Of a stretch of DNA of 64,000 nt, positions 46,679-55,285 are shown piece by piece; the first letter of the stretch is position 1; each line of letters opens with the position of its first letter. This stretch comes from Microbacteriaceae bacterium (GTDB lineage Bacteria > Actinomycetota > Actinomycetes > Actinomycetales > Microbacteriaceae), in assembly GCA_036510655.1 (NCBI GenBank), contig DATCDQ010000008.1, positions 5,101 to 69,100 of the forward strand. Direction: 5' to 3'. The notes under the pieces were generated by a model that worked only from the letters and a program-made list of their open reading frames with translations, was not told where the DNA came from and searched no databases. The position numbers and the translations under genes are program-made.

Positions 46679-49212
46679 GACGCCGTCACGACCCCGACTC
46701 CACCATCCACCGTGACGCGTTGCCCCGTACGCAGCGTTCGCGTGCCGTCCCCCGTGCCCATAATTGCGGGGATGCCGATCTCGCGCGCCACAATCGCGGC
46801 ATGCGAACCGATGCCCCCGGTGTCCACCACGACAGCCGCAGCGCTCTGGAACAGTGGAGTCCACGCGGGGTTTGTGTATGGACACACCAGAATCTCGCCG
46901 GGACGCAGCATGCCGAACTCGTCTGGCCCGTTGATGATGCGCACCGTTCCCGTCGCCCGCCCGGCGCAGGCCGGCGTTCCGCTGACCAAGGCATTCTGGT
47001 CACGGCCCGGGCGCCCGAAGATCGCCGCGTAGTCGACCATCCGCACGGATGAGAGCTGCTCGCGTTTCAGTTTCCGCGCCAGCACCCTCGCGCGCAGCTC
47101 CTCCACGCGCGCCGGGGCGAGCGTCGCCGCGTCGTCGATCGTCTCCAGTTCGCCGAGCCGCAGGTGGAAGACGTCGGCCGGTTCTGACAACACACCGGCG
47201 TCGCGCAGGCGAGTGCCGATCTCGAGGAGCGCGCGACGAAGCGGGGGGAGCGTGCGCATGAACGCGTCGTGAGAATCCTCACGGAATCCGATGCCGGCCC
47301 GAGCCGCCCGGATGCGCCGCCACATCCGCTCGCGCGCCCTCGGCGCTTGCAGGCGGCGATGTGCAAACAGCGCTTCCTCGGCATCCGCCGCCCGCGTGGC
47401 CACCGGGCGTTCGCTGTCGTCGGAGGCGAGCAGCGCAATCAGCCCGAGCACGGTTTCCGGAGCTTCGCTCCAGGTTGGGGAGGAGGCGAGCACGGGGCTG
47501 ATCGTCTCGCGGTGCCCGTACTCCTCGAGGTACTCGGCAAACGCGCTCGCGAAACCCGCAAACGCTGGATCGCTGGTGACGCGCTCGAGGGCGGCACGCG
47601 CATCCTGCTCGGTGAGCAAGGTGCGGAGCGTGGCATCCGCCCGCACGCTGTCGGCGAGCTCGCCGAGTCGTTCGTTTCCGCGCGCAGTAATCGTTGGGGC
47701 GCCGATGATGAGATCGCCCATCAGTCGGGTGCGCCGTAGCCGGATGAGCGCGAGGCGCAACCGAATGATCGCGACCGCCATGCCGGGCAGGTACTGCGTG
47801 CGCAGCGTCGTGATCGGGGCGACCAGTTCGAGGGCGGTGTGAACGGATGCAACGAGCTCCGGCCAGGTCGCGGTGGCCGGATCCCTGCCCGCGATGTCCT
47901 GCAGTCGCCGGTCGAAGTCGGCATAGCGAGGGTCCTTCGTCCATTGGGCCGGATCGTAGCGACGTGCGCGTGCCCGCACGCTGAACGGCGCCCTGACCAC
48001 ACGCCACGTCGGTGACGGCATCGGCGGCACGAACTGCACGACGACGCCGTCCTCTTCGGGAAGGATGCTCTCGAAGTTCGAGCGGATGCCGACACTCGCC
48101 ATCACGCGACCCATCATTCCGAGCGGGCCGTATGGAATCCAGGTGTCCATGTCGAGTGGGTACGGGCGCACGCTGAAGTAGTCGCTGAACACGCTGCCGA
48201 TGAGCCGCTGCACCCTGTTCAGCTTCTGCGGGATCGGAACTGCTGTCATCGGGCGAGCTTGGAGCAGCGCGAGCCCGTTGTTGGCGATCGCCCACTCGAT
48301 GTCTTGCGGGCTGCCAAAGTGCTCTGCGACCGCCTGCCCGAGGGATGCCAGTTCGGCGAGCAGCGCGTTGGACAGCAGCGGCATACCCGCCGAGGCGCCG
48401 GCCAGGGCGCCGGCCGGGGCACCCTCGGAGTGGGTCACGCCGCCATGCCCGTCGCTGCTGATGACGACTTCGCGTTTGCCGGGTGAGAATTCGAGAGTGC
48501 GGCCCGCGCTGTCGATCACGTAGTGGTCCGGCGTCACCAGCCCGGAGACGACGGCTTCGCCGAGCCCCGAGCTCGCGTCGATCACGAGGCGGTCGCGAGC
48601 GCCGGTCACCGGATCGGCGGTGAAGAGCACGCCCGCGACATCCGCTGGAACCAGGGACTGAACGACAACGGCGATCGCCACATCGGCCGGGTCAATCGAC
48701 AGTCGTCGACGGTAGGCGATCGCCCGTTCGTTCCACAGCGACGCCCAGCACGCGCGCACCGCGGCGAGCATCGCATCGGCCCCGACCACGCCGAGGTAGG
48801 TGTCTTGCTGCCCGGCGAATGCCGCGCCCGGGAGATCTTCGGCAGTCGCGCTTGAGCGCACGGCGACGATGCCGCCGAGCCGGGCGTACGCATCCGCGAT
48901 CGTCGCGGCCGTCTGCTCGGGTAGTTGCAGGGCGGTGATTGCGGCGCGCAGTGCTGCGCCGTCATCGGTGAGGTTGTGCGTGGCATGCGGGTCGTGCGGG
49001 TCGCCAACGCTCAGCCCGGCGGTCTCCATGGCGGAGCGGTACGCATCCGTCGTGACGATGAATCCGGCTGGGACAGGGAATCCAGCACGAACCAACTCAC
49101 CCAGATTGGCGCCTTTGCCGCCGGCCAGTGCAATGTCGTCGCGGCCGACTGAGCCAAGGTCGACGACGGCGCGCACGGAGGGCGACGCTGATTTCGATCG
49201 TGCCTGCGACAT
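46675..49212 (-). CDS. PEP-utilising enzyme family phosphotransferase, rifampicin phosphotransferase (RPH)-like architecture
   Basis: N-terminal PPDK_N/ATP-grasp (IALAGGKGANLGELVRAGFPVPAGFIVT), a long central region, and a C-terminal swivel His domain (VVDTGGIGSHAAIVAREIGIPAIMG). About 845 aa. Confidence 0.7.
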   Translation of the reverse strand: MSQARSKSASPSVRAVVDLGSVGRDDIALAGGKGANLGELVRAGFPVPAGFIVTTDAYRSAMETAGLSVGDPHDPHATHNLTDDGAALRAAITALQLPEQTAATIADAYARLGGIVAVRSSATAEDLPGAAFAGQQDTYLGVVGADAMLAAVRACWASLWNERAIAYRRRLSIDPADVAIAVVVQSLVPADVAGVLFTADPVTGARDRLVIDASSGLGEAVVSGLVTPDHYVIDSAGRTLEFSPGKREVVISSDGHGGVTHSEGAPAGALAGASAGMPLLSNALLAELASLGQAVAEHFGSPQDIEWAIANNGLALLQARPMTAVPIPQKLNRVQRLIGSVFSDYFSVRPYPLDMDTWIPYGPLGMMGRVMASVGIRSNFESILPEEDGVVVQFVPPMPSPTWRVVRAPFSVRARARRYDPAQWTKDPRYADFDRRLQDIAGRDPATATWPELVASVHTALELVAPITTLRTQYLPGMAVAIIRLRLALIRLRRTRLMGDLIIGAPTITARGNERLGELADSVRADATLRTLLTEQDARAALERVTSDPAFAGFASAFAEYLEEYGHRETISPVLASSPTWSEAPETVLGLIALLASDDSERPVATRAADAEEALFAHRRLQAPRARERMWRRIRAARAGIGFREDSHDAFMRTLPPLRRALLEIGTRLRDAGVLSEPADVFHLRLGELETIDDAATLAPARVEELRARVLARKLKREQLSSVRMVDYAAIFGRPGRDQNALVSGTPACAGRATGTVRIINGPDEFGMLRPGEILVCPYTNPAWTPLFQSAAAVVVDTGGIGSHAAIVAREIGIPAIMGTGDGTRTLRTGQRVTVDGGVGVVTAS

Positions 49213-49268
49213 ATGGCCAGCCTTCAATAGTGAACTGCGCGTTCTCTATCAGGATAGTCGAATGCCGT

Positions 49269-49314
49269 GGTCACGCATACAAGGTGGGGTCACGCAGACG
49301 TCTGCGGGTCACGC
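49269..49314. promoter_or_regulatory. Three GGTCACGC direct repeats at an exact 19-bp period, overlapping the palindrome CGCAGACGTCTGCG
   Basis: Copies at 49269, 49288 and 49307, in the 92-nt spacer between the NUDIX stop and the RPH-like start. Confidence 0.4.
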
Positions 49315-49319
49315 CGACG

Positions 49320-49769
49320 TCATGGGTATGCGCCGAATCGGGTCAGGTAGTCGATCAGGCTATCGGTGAGCGGCAGTGCCCGCAGCTCGTCTGCCGTGAA
49401 CCACCGCGCGTCCGCCGCATCGTCACCGGCGATCGGGTGCTCCGTGCCGCGGTCCTCAGCGACCGTCCGCTCAGCGGAAGCGTCGACAGCGTGCCCATCG
49501 GCGAGCTCTGCCCAGAAATCGTGGATCTCGAAGATGCGGCCATCCGCGGTCGGTGAGTCGAGGCATCCGATTTCGCGGACCGCCCGCACGATTAGCCCGG
49601 TCTCCTCGAGCACTTCGCGCTCTGCGGCTTCAGCAAGGGTCTCGCCGGGCTCGAGTTTGCCTCCGGGGATGCTCCAGCGGCCGGCTTGCGGCGCATCCGC
49701 TCGGAGCACCAGCAGGAAGCGCCCGTCGCGGTCTTTGACCACCGCACCTGCGGCGAGCACCCGATCCAT
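49320..49769 (-). CDS. NUDIX hydrolase
   Basis: [24 protein letters not shown] Nudix box. Confidence 0.85.
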   Translation of the reverse strand: MDRVLAAGAVVKDRDGRFLLVLRADAPQAGRWSIPGGKLEPGETLAEAAEREVLEETGLIVRAVREIGCLDSPTADGRIFEIHDFWAELADGHAVDASAERTVAEDRGTEHPIAGDDAADARWFTADELRALPLTDSLIDYLTRFGAYP

Positions 49770-50172
49770 GGCTTGAGTGTACGTTCACGCGGGCAGCTCG
49801 TACATGGTGCGCAAAGTGCTCTGAGGATTGAGGCGAAGAGCACTTTGCGCCGCAGCAATACAGCCCGGACTCGAGCCCTCCGACAAGTGGTGCAGAGACT
49901 GCTGTGGGCGGGCAGCCGAAACAGCAGCTCGCGCGCCAGTAACGCTCCAGCGCACGAACGACGCACCCCGCGACGCCCATGCCTCAAGGGATCACCGCCG
50001 CGGCAGTGCCTGGCGGGACGCCCGAGCAGCGCCCGGCCCGAAGATACCAACTGTGCGAATGCTGCCGATCGCGACGGTGCCCGATGTCGTTCGCAGCTCG
50101 GCGAAGTCCTCCGTCGAACACGCGGCGGGCAGGTCGAGCGCACGTTCACGCGGCCACAGCCCTGGTGAGCCG

Positions 50173-51174
50173 CTACCCGCCGCGGAGGGCGCGGTTGACC
50201 ATGAACTCCACCGCTTCGTTCATGTTGATGGGGTTCAGCGTGGTGCCTGGATGTTGCGCCGGCCACACACGGAGCACTTCATCGACGAAGCCTTGGCCTA
50301 CGTCCTCGACGCCGGCGAAGTCGACGTCGATGTCCCCGAATGTGTCCATACCGTCGAGCAAACGGCGGGCCTCGGAACGGGAGACGAAGCTTATTCCAGC
50401 ACCGAACAGCTTGACCGCCGGTCGGCTTTTCGCGAACGACTGCTCGCCATCGGTGAACTGTTCGAACACGGCGCGCAGGGTATGCGCTGCCGGGCGCGGA
50501 ATGCTTACCTTTACCACCGTTCCTGTGCTCACCCTGGATATTCCGAGCGCAACATCGCCCCTGGCGTTGTCAAAGGTGAGCCGCAAGCCGTTCGCCGAAA
50601 GGCGGAGCACTCCGACGGCCTTCGATGTGAAGAAGATTCCTTCTCCCGTATGCCGCTCTTTGAATGTCGTACGTTTCCCTTTGGTGAGCTCGCCGGCAGA
50701 CTCGATGTCCCTGTCAAGTCCGAGTCCGGACCGGATGCGCGCGAACACCCCCACGCCGTCATCCGCGATCCGGAATGCAAGCTCGTGCTGAGACGACCAC
50801 ACTTGGATGTTGGCGGATGTGCCGCCACTGTGGTCAATTGCGTTGTTCAGCATTTCGGTGAAGCCGTATGCAGCAACGCGCCCGTCCTCAGTCCTCCGAT
50901 CAATCTGAAGGGTGTCCGCGGCAATTGTCCACACTTGATCTTCATGTAGCCCGTCCAGCGCAAAGTCAGCTTCCCAGTCAGGCGGCGAGATCGGTAGTAT
51001 CGATGCCTCGGGAATCCGCCCGGATAGCGAACCCCTAACCGCATCGAGGTCGAAAACACGGTGTCCGCCCGGCGTGCGGCTTGACGGGATCTGCCCGCTG
51101 TCTGCCATTCTCCGCAGCGTCTTGATCGGGAGACCAAGCGAGTCGCTCAATTCGCCGATCCGAATCTCGTTCAT
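50173..51174 (-). CDS. HTH (MerR/excisionase-type) - GHKL ATPase (HATPase_c) - STAS-like DUF4325 protein
   Basis: MNEIRIGELSDSLGLPIKTLRRMADSGQIPSSRTPGGHRVFDL. N-box EMLNNAIDHS, G1 box IADDGVGVF, G2-like GEGIFFTSK. The C-terminal VSRSEARRLLDGMDTFGDIDVDFAGVEDVGQGFVDEVLRVW is DUF4325-like. Confidence 0.65.
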   Translation of the reverse strand: MNEIRIGELSDSLGLPIKTLRRMADSGQIPSSRTPGGHRVFDLDAVRGSLSGRIPEASILPISPPDWEADFALDGLHEDQVWTIAADTLQIDRRTEDGRVAAYGFTEMLNNAIDHSGGTSANIQVWSSQHELAFRIADDGVGVFARIRSGLGLDRDIESAGELTKGKRTTFKERHTGEGIFFTSKAVGVLRLSANGLRLTFDNARGDVALGISRVSTGTVVKVSIPRPAAHTLRAVFEQFTDGEQSFAKSRPAVKLFGAGISFVSRSEARRLLDGMDTFGDIDVDFAGVEDVGQGFVDEVLRVWPAQHPGTTLNPINMNEAVEFMVNRALRGG

Positions 51175-51408
51175 GTAATCTCCCTCAGCCGGGAGATTCG
51201 CCGTTCGTAAATCTACCCGCACGGGTAGATTATTTCAGACAGAGTCGTTAAACCTCCCCCTTCGGGTATGTTTGCGCCGGCGCCTCGTCAAAACCTCCCC
51301 GCTCGTGGAGATTCTGCCCGCGCCCATCAGGCAACCACAGTGGTCACCCCTCCGCACAGATCGATTGGGCGATGCGGTGTCATGGTTAAACGCGATTGAC
51401 GTGCACAC

Positions 51409-51977
51409 CTACCCGACAGTGCGCAGAAACCCCAGCGCGCGCTGTGTGAGCAGCGCCGCGGCGGTCGCGTCGTACGACGGCAGACTCTCGTCGGCGAACA
51501 GGTGCTTGTCGCCCGGATAGATGAACAGTTCGGCATCCGGGGTGGACTCCACGAGATCGCGAGCAGCGTCGACATCGCCCTCACCGATGAAGTAGGGGTC
51601 GGCATCCATCCCGTGAATCTGCACCGGCACGCCGGCGGGCCACTCCTCACCGAAGACCGAGACGGGCACGCACGAGTGGAATAGCAGCGCCCCCACCGCG
51701 CCCGGCCGGGTCTGTGCCAGTGACTGCGCGGGCACGACGCCCAGCGAGAACCCGGCGTAGACGAGCGCATCGGGCAGCCCAGCGGATGCGGCGCGGCCCC
51801 GTTCCACGGTCTCCTCGAAGCCGATCGAGTCCGCGTATGCAACGCCGGCATCGAGGTCGTCGAACGTGCGACCGTCATAGAGATCCGGGGTGTGCACGAC
51901 ATGTCCCGCCTCCCGCAGCGTCTGCGCGAACGCGAGAACTCCCGGCGTCAGCCCTTGTGCGTGATGGAACAGCAATA
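51409..51977 (-). CDS. Dienelactone hydrolase family protein
   Basis: VAEVLLFHHAQGLTPGVLAFAQTLREAGHVVHTPDLY...YPGDKHLFAD. The GTG start is preceded by GAGGAG. Confidence 0.75.
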
Positions 51978-52095
51978 CCTCTGCCACGATCTTCTCCTCA
52001 GTCGGGTGCGTACGATGCCGCAGGTATCTTAAGCACAAGCCGCCGACATCCGCATTGTCGCGGAGCCGCCCGCGGCTCCTGATACCCTCGCACAC

Positions 52096-53319
52096 GTGAG
52101 TGTATCTGGCTTGGCGACCCCGAGCCACGACGCCAAAACACTTGCTCGCTGGCGTAACGCGATCATCACAGCGTTCGCGCTGGGCGGTGTCAGCCTGGCC
52201 ACGTGGGGGCCGCGCCTGCCGAGTCTGCGCACGGATCTGGGGTTGAGCTACGAGTCGCTCGGCCTGCTGGTCGCCGCTGTAACGATTGGCTCGATCGCCG
52301 GACTTGTCAGTGCTTCAGCACTCCTGGCCTGGGTCGGACCGCGAGGCGGCATCTGGCTGACTCTGACGATCGACGCCATCGGCATCGCCGTCATCGGGCT
52401 CAGCGCGGGCGTGCTGCGCTCGGCCCCGGCAGCAACGGTCGGATTCGTTCTCGTCGGCTTCGGAATCGGTGCCGTCGACGTGATGATGAACGTGCAGGGC
52501 GCCGCGGTCGAACGCATCGCCAGCAAGACACTCATGCCGCTCATGCACGCGGCGTGGTCGGCGGGCGCGGTCCTCGGATCCGCCATCGGTGCCGCCTCCG
52601 CCGCCCTCGGGATCTCGGCCGGCATGCAATTGGTGGCCGAATCGGTGCTGATCGCTGCGGTCGCCGCAATCGCGGTGCAGTTCATTCCGAGAACGGATGG
52701 CGCAGCATCCGCAGAGGCGAAGCCACCGGTTGGCGAGCGCATCCGCTCCTGGTTCGCCGGATGGGCCGACGTGCGCCTGCTCATGATCGGACTGGTCATG
52801 CTCGGGGTCGAGCTGGGCGAGGGGTCGGCGAACAACTGGCTGACGCTCTCTGTGCGAGACGACCACCATCAAACGGATGCGATCGCCGCCCTTTTCTTCA
52901 CCGCGTTTGCGCTCGGCGAGACCCTCGCCCGCGTTTTCGGCGGACCGCTGGTCGACCGCGTCGGCCGGGTGCGCACGGTGCGATTCACGACGGCGCTCGG
53001 CGTGATCGGCGTGCTGTTGTTCATTCTGGGCGGTGCGCCGTGGCTCATTCTGATCGGAGTGATTCTGTGGGCCGTCGGCGTGTCGATGGGCTTCCCGCTC
53101 GGCATGTCAGCTGCCGCCGACAGCGGGCCGAATCCCGCGGCGCGGGTCAGCGTCGTCGCATCGATCGGCTATCTCGCGAACCTCGGCGGGCCCCCGGTCA
53201 TCGGGCTCCTCGCGCAACAGTTCGGGCTGTTGAATTCGCTCTGGCTGATCATCGTGCTCCTGGCCGTCTCGTTTGCGGCTGCGGGCGCGCTGCGGGCCGG
53301 GAGCAAGACAGACGCGTAG
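52096..53319 (+). CDS. MFS transporter
   Basis: 407 aa, 12 predicted TM helices, GTG start. Confidence 0.75.
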   Translation: MSVSGLATPSHDAKTLARWRNAIITAFALGGVSLATWGPRLPSLRTDLGLSYESLGLLVAAVTIGSIAGLVSASALLAWVGPRGGIWLTLTIDAIGIAVIGLSAGVLRSAPAATVGFVLVGFGIGAVDVMMNVQGAAVERIASKTLMPLMHAAWSAGAVLGSAIGAASAALGISAGMQLVAESVLIAAVAAIAVQFIPRTDGAASAEAKPPVGERIRSWFAGWADVRLLMIGLVMLGVELGEGSANNWLTLSVRDDHHQTDAIAALFFTAFALGETLARVFGGPLVDRVGRVRTVRFTTALGVIGVLLFILGGAPWLILIGVILWAVGVSMGFPLGMSAAADSGPNPAARVSVVASIGYLANLGGPPVIGLLAQQFGLLNSLWLIIVLLAVSFAAAGALRAGSKTDA

Positions 53320-53423
53320 TCGCTTCTTCGGGTTCGGTCTGGCTGAAGAGCGATTCACGAGGACCCGAAAGGCGGCGCGGCGGCGCTCCCTGAGCGAAGC
53401 CGAAGGGCGGCTGTATAGGGCCT

Positions 53424-53632
53424 GTTCGTGAGGCGCTGCAGGCTGGCGCTTCGGCTTCGCTCAGCGAACGGTGTCGAGTGCAGGCTGGCGCTTCGGCTGC
53501 AGCGCGGTGCCTGAGCTTGTCGAAGGGCAGCCTACGACGACGTGTCGCCCAGCAAAGTGCATGTCTGTTTTCGCTTTATCAGATCCGCCTTATATAGGGC
53601 GGATCTGAAATAAGAAAAACGGACGGACTGTT
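53424..53632. repeat. Composite ~210-bp dispersed repeat with a ~54-bp AT-rich near-perfect palindrome
   Basis: GTTTTCGCTTTATCAGATCCGCC-TTATATA-GGGCGGATCTGAAATAAGAAAAAC at about 53567-53620. Flanked by GC-rich modules (GGCTGGCGCTTCGGCT x2, CCTGAGCTTGTCGAAGGGCAG). A partial copy also lies at about 7610-7690. Confidence 0.85.
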
Positions 53633-53821
53633 TCCTGAGCAGGTCCGAAGGGCTGGTTTGCTCGTTCCCTGAGCGGAGTCGACCGGGGACTCGGCCAGCG
53701 ACCGATAGACTCGCTCAGCGACCGGGAGTTGCAGGCGCCTTGAATCATGCGGCCGGCTCACATCCTGCGCGCCTAACGTGTGGGGCGAACAGCTTGCGCA
53801 CATCGAGAGGGACACACCACC

Positions 53822-54022
53822 GTGAAAGTCGTCATCTATCAGCCGACCTGCATCTCCGCCGGGCAGTGCGCACTCTCAGCACCCAACGTGTTCTGGAACC
53901 GCGAAAGCGACGGCAAAGTCGAACTCTGGACCGACAACCCTCCCGAAGCCGAATATGACCAGGTGCGCGAAGCGGCGAGCCTGTGCCCGTCCGCATCCAT
54001 CACCATCGAAGAAGACGACTAG
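53822..54022 (+). CDS. Small single-cluster ferredoxin ([3Fe-4S]-type pattern)
   Basis: VKVVIYQPTCISAGQCALSAPNVF...AASLCPSASI (C-x5-C ... CP). GTG start. Confidence 0.75.
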   Translation: MKVVIYQPTCISAGQCALSAPNVFWNRESDGKVELWTDNPPEAEYDQVREAASLCPSASITIEEDD

Positions 54023-54026
54023 CGAC

Positions 54027-54668
54027 TCACGCTGTGGATGCCGCCCCCAGCACCACTCGCCCCATCACGTGATCGACAAGCCCGTATTCCAGCGCCGCGT
54101 GTGCAGTGAAAACCCGGTCACGATCGGTGTCCCGCCGCAGCGTCTCGACCGACTGCCCCGTATGCGCTGACAAGATCCCTTCAAGCTCGGCTCGGATGCG
54201 CACCACCTCGTCGGCCTGCAAGATCAAGTCGGGAATCGTGCCCCGCCCCTGCGCAGCCGGCTGATGCATAACCACCCGCGTGTGCGGCAGCACGGCGCGG
54301 CGCCCCGGAGCACCGGCGGCCAGCAGCACGGCACCGGCAGCAATCGCCTGCCCCACGCACGTGGTCGCTACCGGCGCCTGAATGTACTGCATTGTGTCGT
54401 ACACGGCGAGCATCGAGGTCATATCGCCGCCCTCGCAGTTGATGTAAAGGTTGATCTCGCGCTCGGAGTTGTCCGCCTCCAAATGCAACAGCTGGGCGAT
54501 GAGCGCATTGGCCACGCCCGAATCGATCGCAGTGCCCAGATAGATGATGCGCTCAGTCAAGAGGTGAGAATAGACATCCATGATTCGCTCGCCACGCGAG
54601 TTCTGCGTGATCACGTTCGGGATCATGTAGTTGTTCATAGTCGTGTTGTTCATGCTCGTGTTGCTCAT
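54027..54668 (-). CDS. ClpP-family subunit lacking the catalytic serine (ClpR-like)
   Basis: Clear ClpP fold sequence (RIIYLGTAIDSGVANALIAQLLHLEADNSEREINLYINCEGG, VMHQP, EYGLVDHV). The nucleophile motif reads GQAIAAGAVLL (codons GCG ATT GCT GCC GGT) where ClpP has G-x-A-A-S-M-G. Confidence 0.8.
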   Translation of the reverse strand: MSNTSMNNTTMNNYMIPNVITQNSRGERIMDVYSHLLTERIIYLGTAIDSGVANALIAQLLHLEADNSEREINLYINCEGGDMTSMLAVYDTMQYIQAPVATTCVGQAIAAGAVLLAAGAPGRRAVLPHTRVVMHQPAAQGRGTIPDLILQADEVVRIRAELEGILSAHTGQSVETLRRDTDRDRVFTAHAALEYGLVDHVMGRVVLGAASTA

Positions 54669-55285
54669 GCGTCCACCCCCAGTCCGACGTGCCGCCGTTT
54701 GGGCGGCATGACCTGCTCGAACGAGTCGACCACGTGATCGATGAATCCGTACTCCTGCGCCTCAGCAGCCGTGTACCAGCGGTCGTGCAGCGAGTCCTCG
54801 AAAACACGCTCGACGCTCTGGCCGGTGTCCTCGGCAACAAGGCCGAGCACGGTGTCCCGCGTGAAACGCAGATCGTCGGCTTGCACCTCGACCTCGACAG
54901 CGGAGCCGCCGATGCCCGCAGATCCCTGATGCATCAGAATGCGCGCGTGCGGCAGCGCGAACCGCTTGCCCTTCGCGCCGGACGACAGCAGGAATTGCCC
55001 TGCGCTGCACGCCAACCCGAGGGCGAGCGTGCTGACGTCACACGGCACGAGCCGCATCACGTCCCGGATCGCGAGCATCGCCGGCACCGAGCCGCCGGGC
55101 GAGTGAATCCACAGTGCGATATCTGCGGATGCGTCCTCAGCCGCAAGCGTCAGCAGTTGCGTTGCAAGCAGCGTTCCATTGTCGTCGTCGAGCACACCGT
55201 CGAGCACGAGGATGCGCTCGTGCAGCAACTGTGCGCGCATCCGGTCAGAGAAGGCAGGGTTCTTGGTGTTGTCGTCGTCAGCCAT
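54665..55285 (-). CDS. clpP: ATP-dependent Clp protease proteolytic subunit (ClpP paralog, triad intact)
   Basis: ILVLDGVLDDDNGTLLATQLLTLAAEDASADIALWIHSPGG, GLACSAGQFLL (Ser), ILMHQG (His), HDRWYTAAEAQEYGFIDHV (Asp). 4-nt overlap with the downstream paralog. Confidence 0.85.
   Translation of the reverse strand: MADDDNTKNPAFSDRMRAQLLHERILVLDGVLDDDNGTLLATQLLTLAAEDASADIALWIHSPGGSVPAMLAIRDVMRLVPCDVSTLALGLACSAGQFLLSSGAKGKRFALPHARILMHQGSAGIGGSAVEVEVQADDLRFTRDTVLGLVAEDTGQSVERVFEDSLHDRWYTAAEAQEYGFIDHVVDSFEQVMPPKRRHVGLGVDA

Noticed and set aside
53567-53620. The AT-rich palindrome as a bidirectional Rho-independent terminator.
   Set aside because: On both strands the stem is preceded by the T-run and followed by the A-run, the reverse of terminator geometry. 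It also lies upstream, not downstream, of the nearest co-directional gene.
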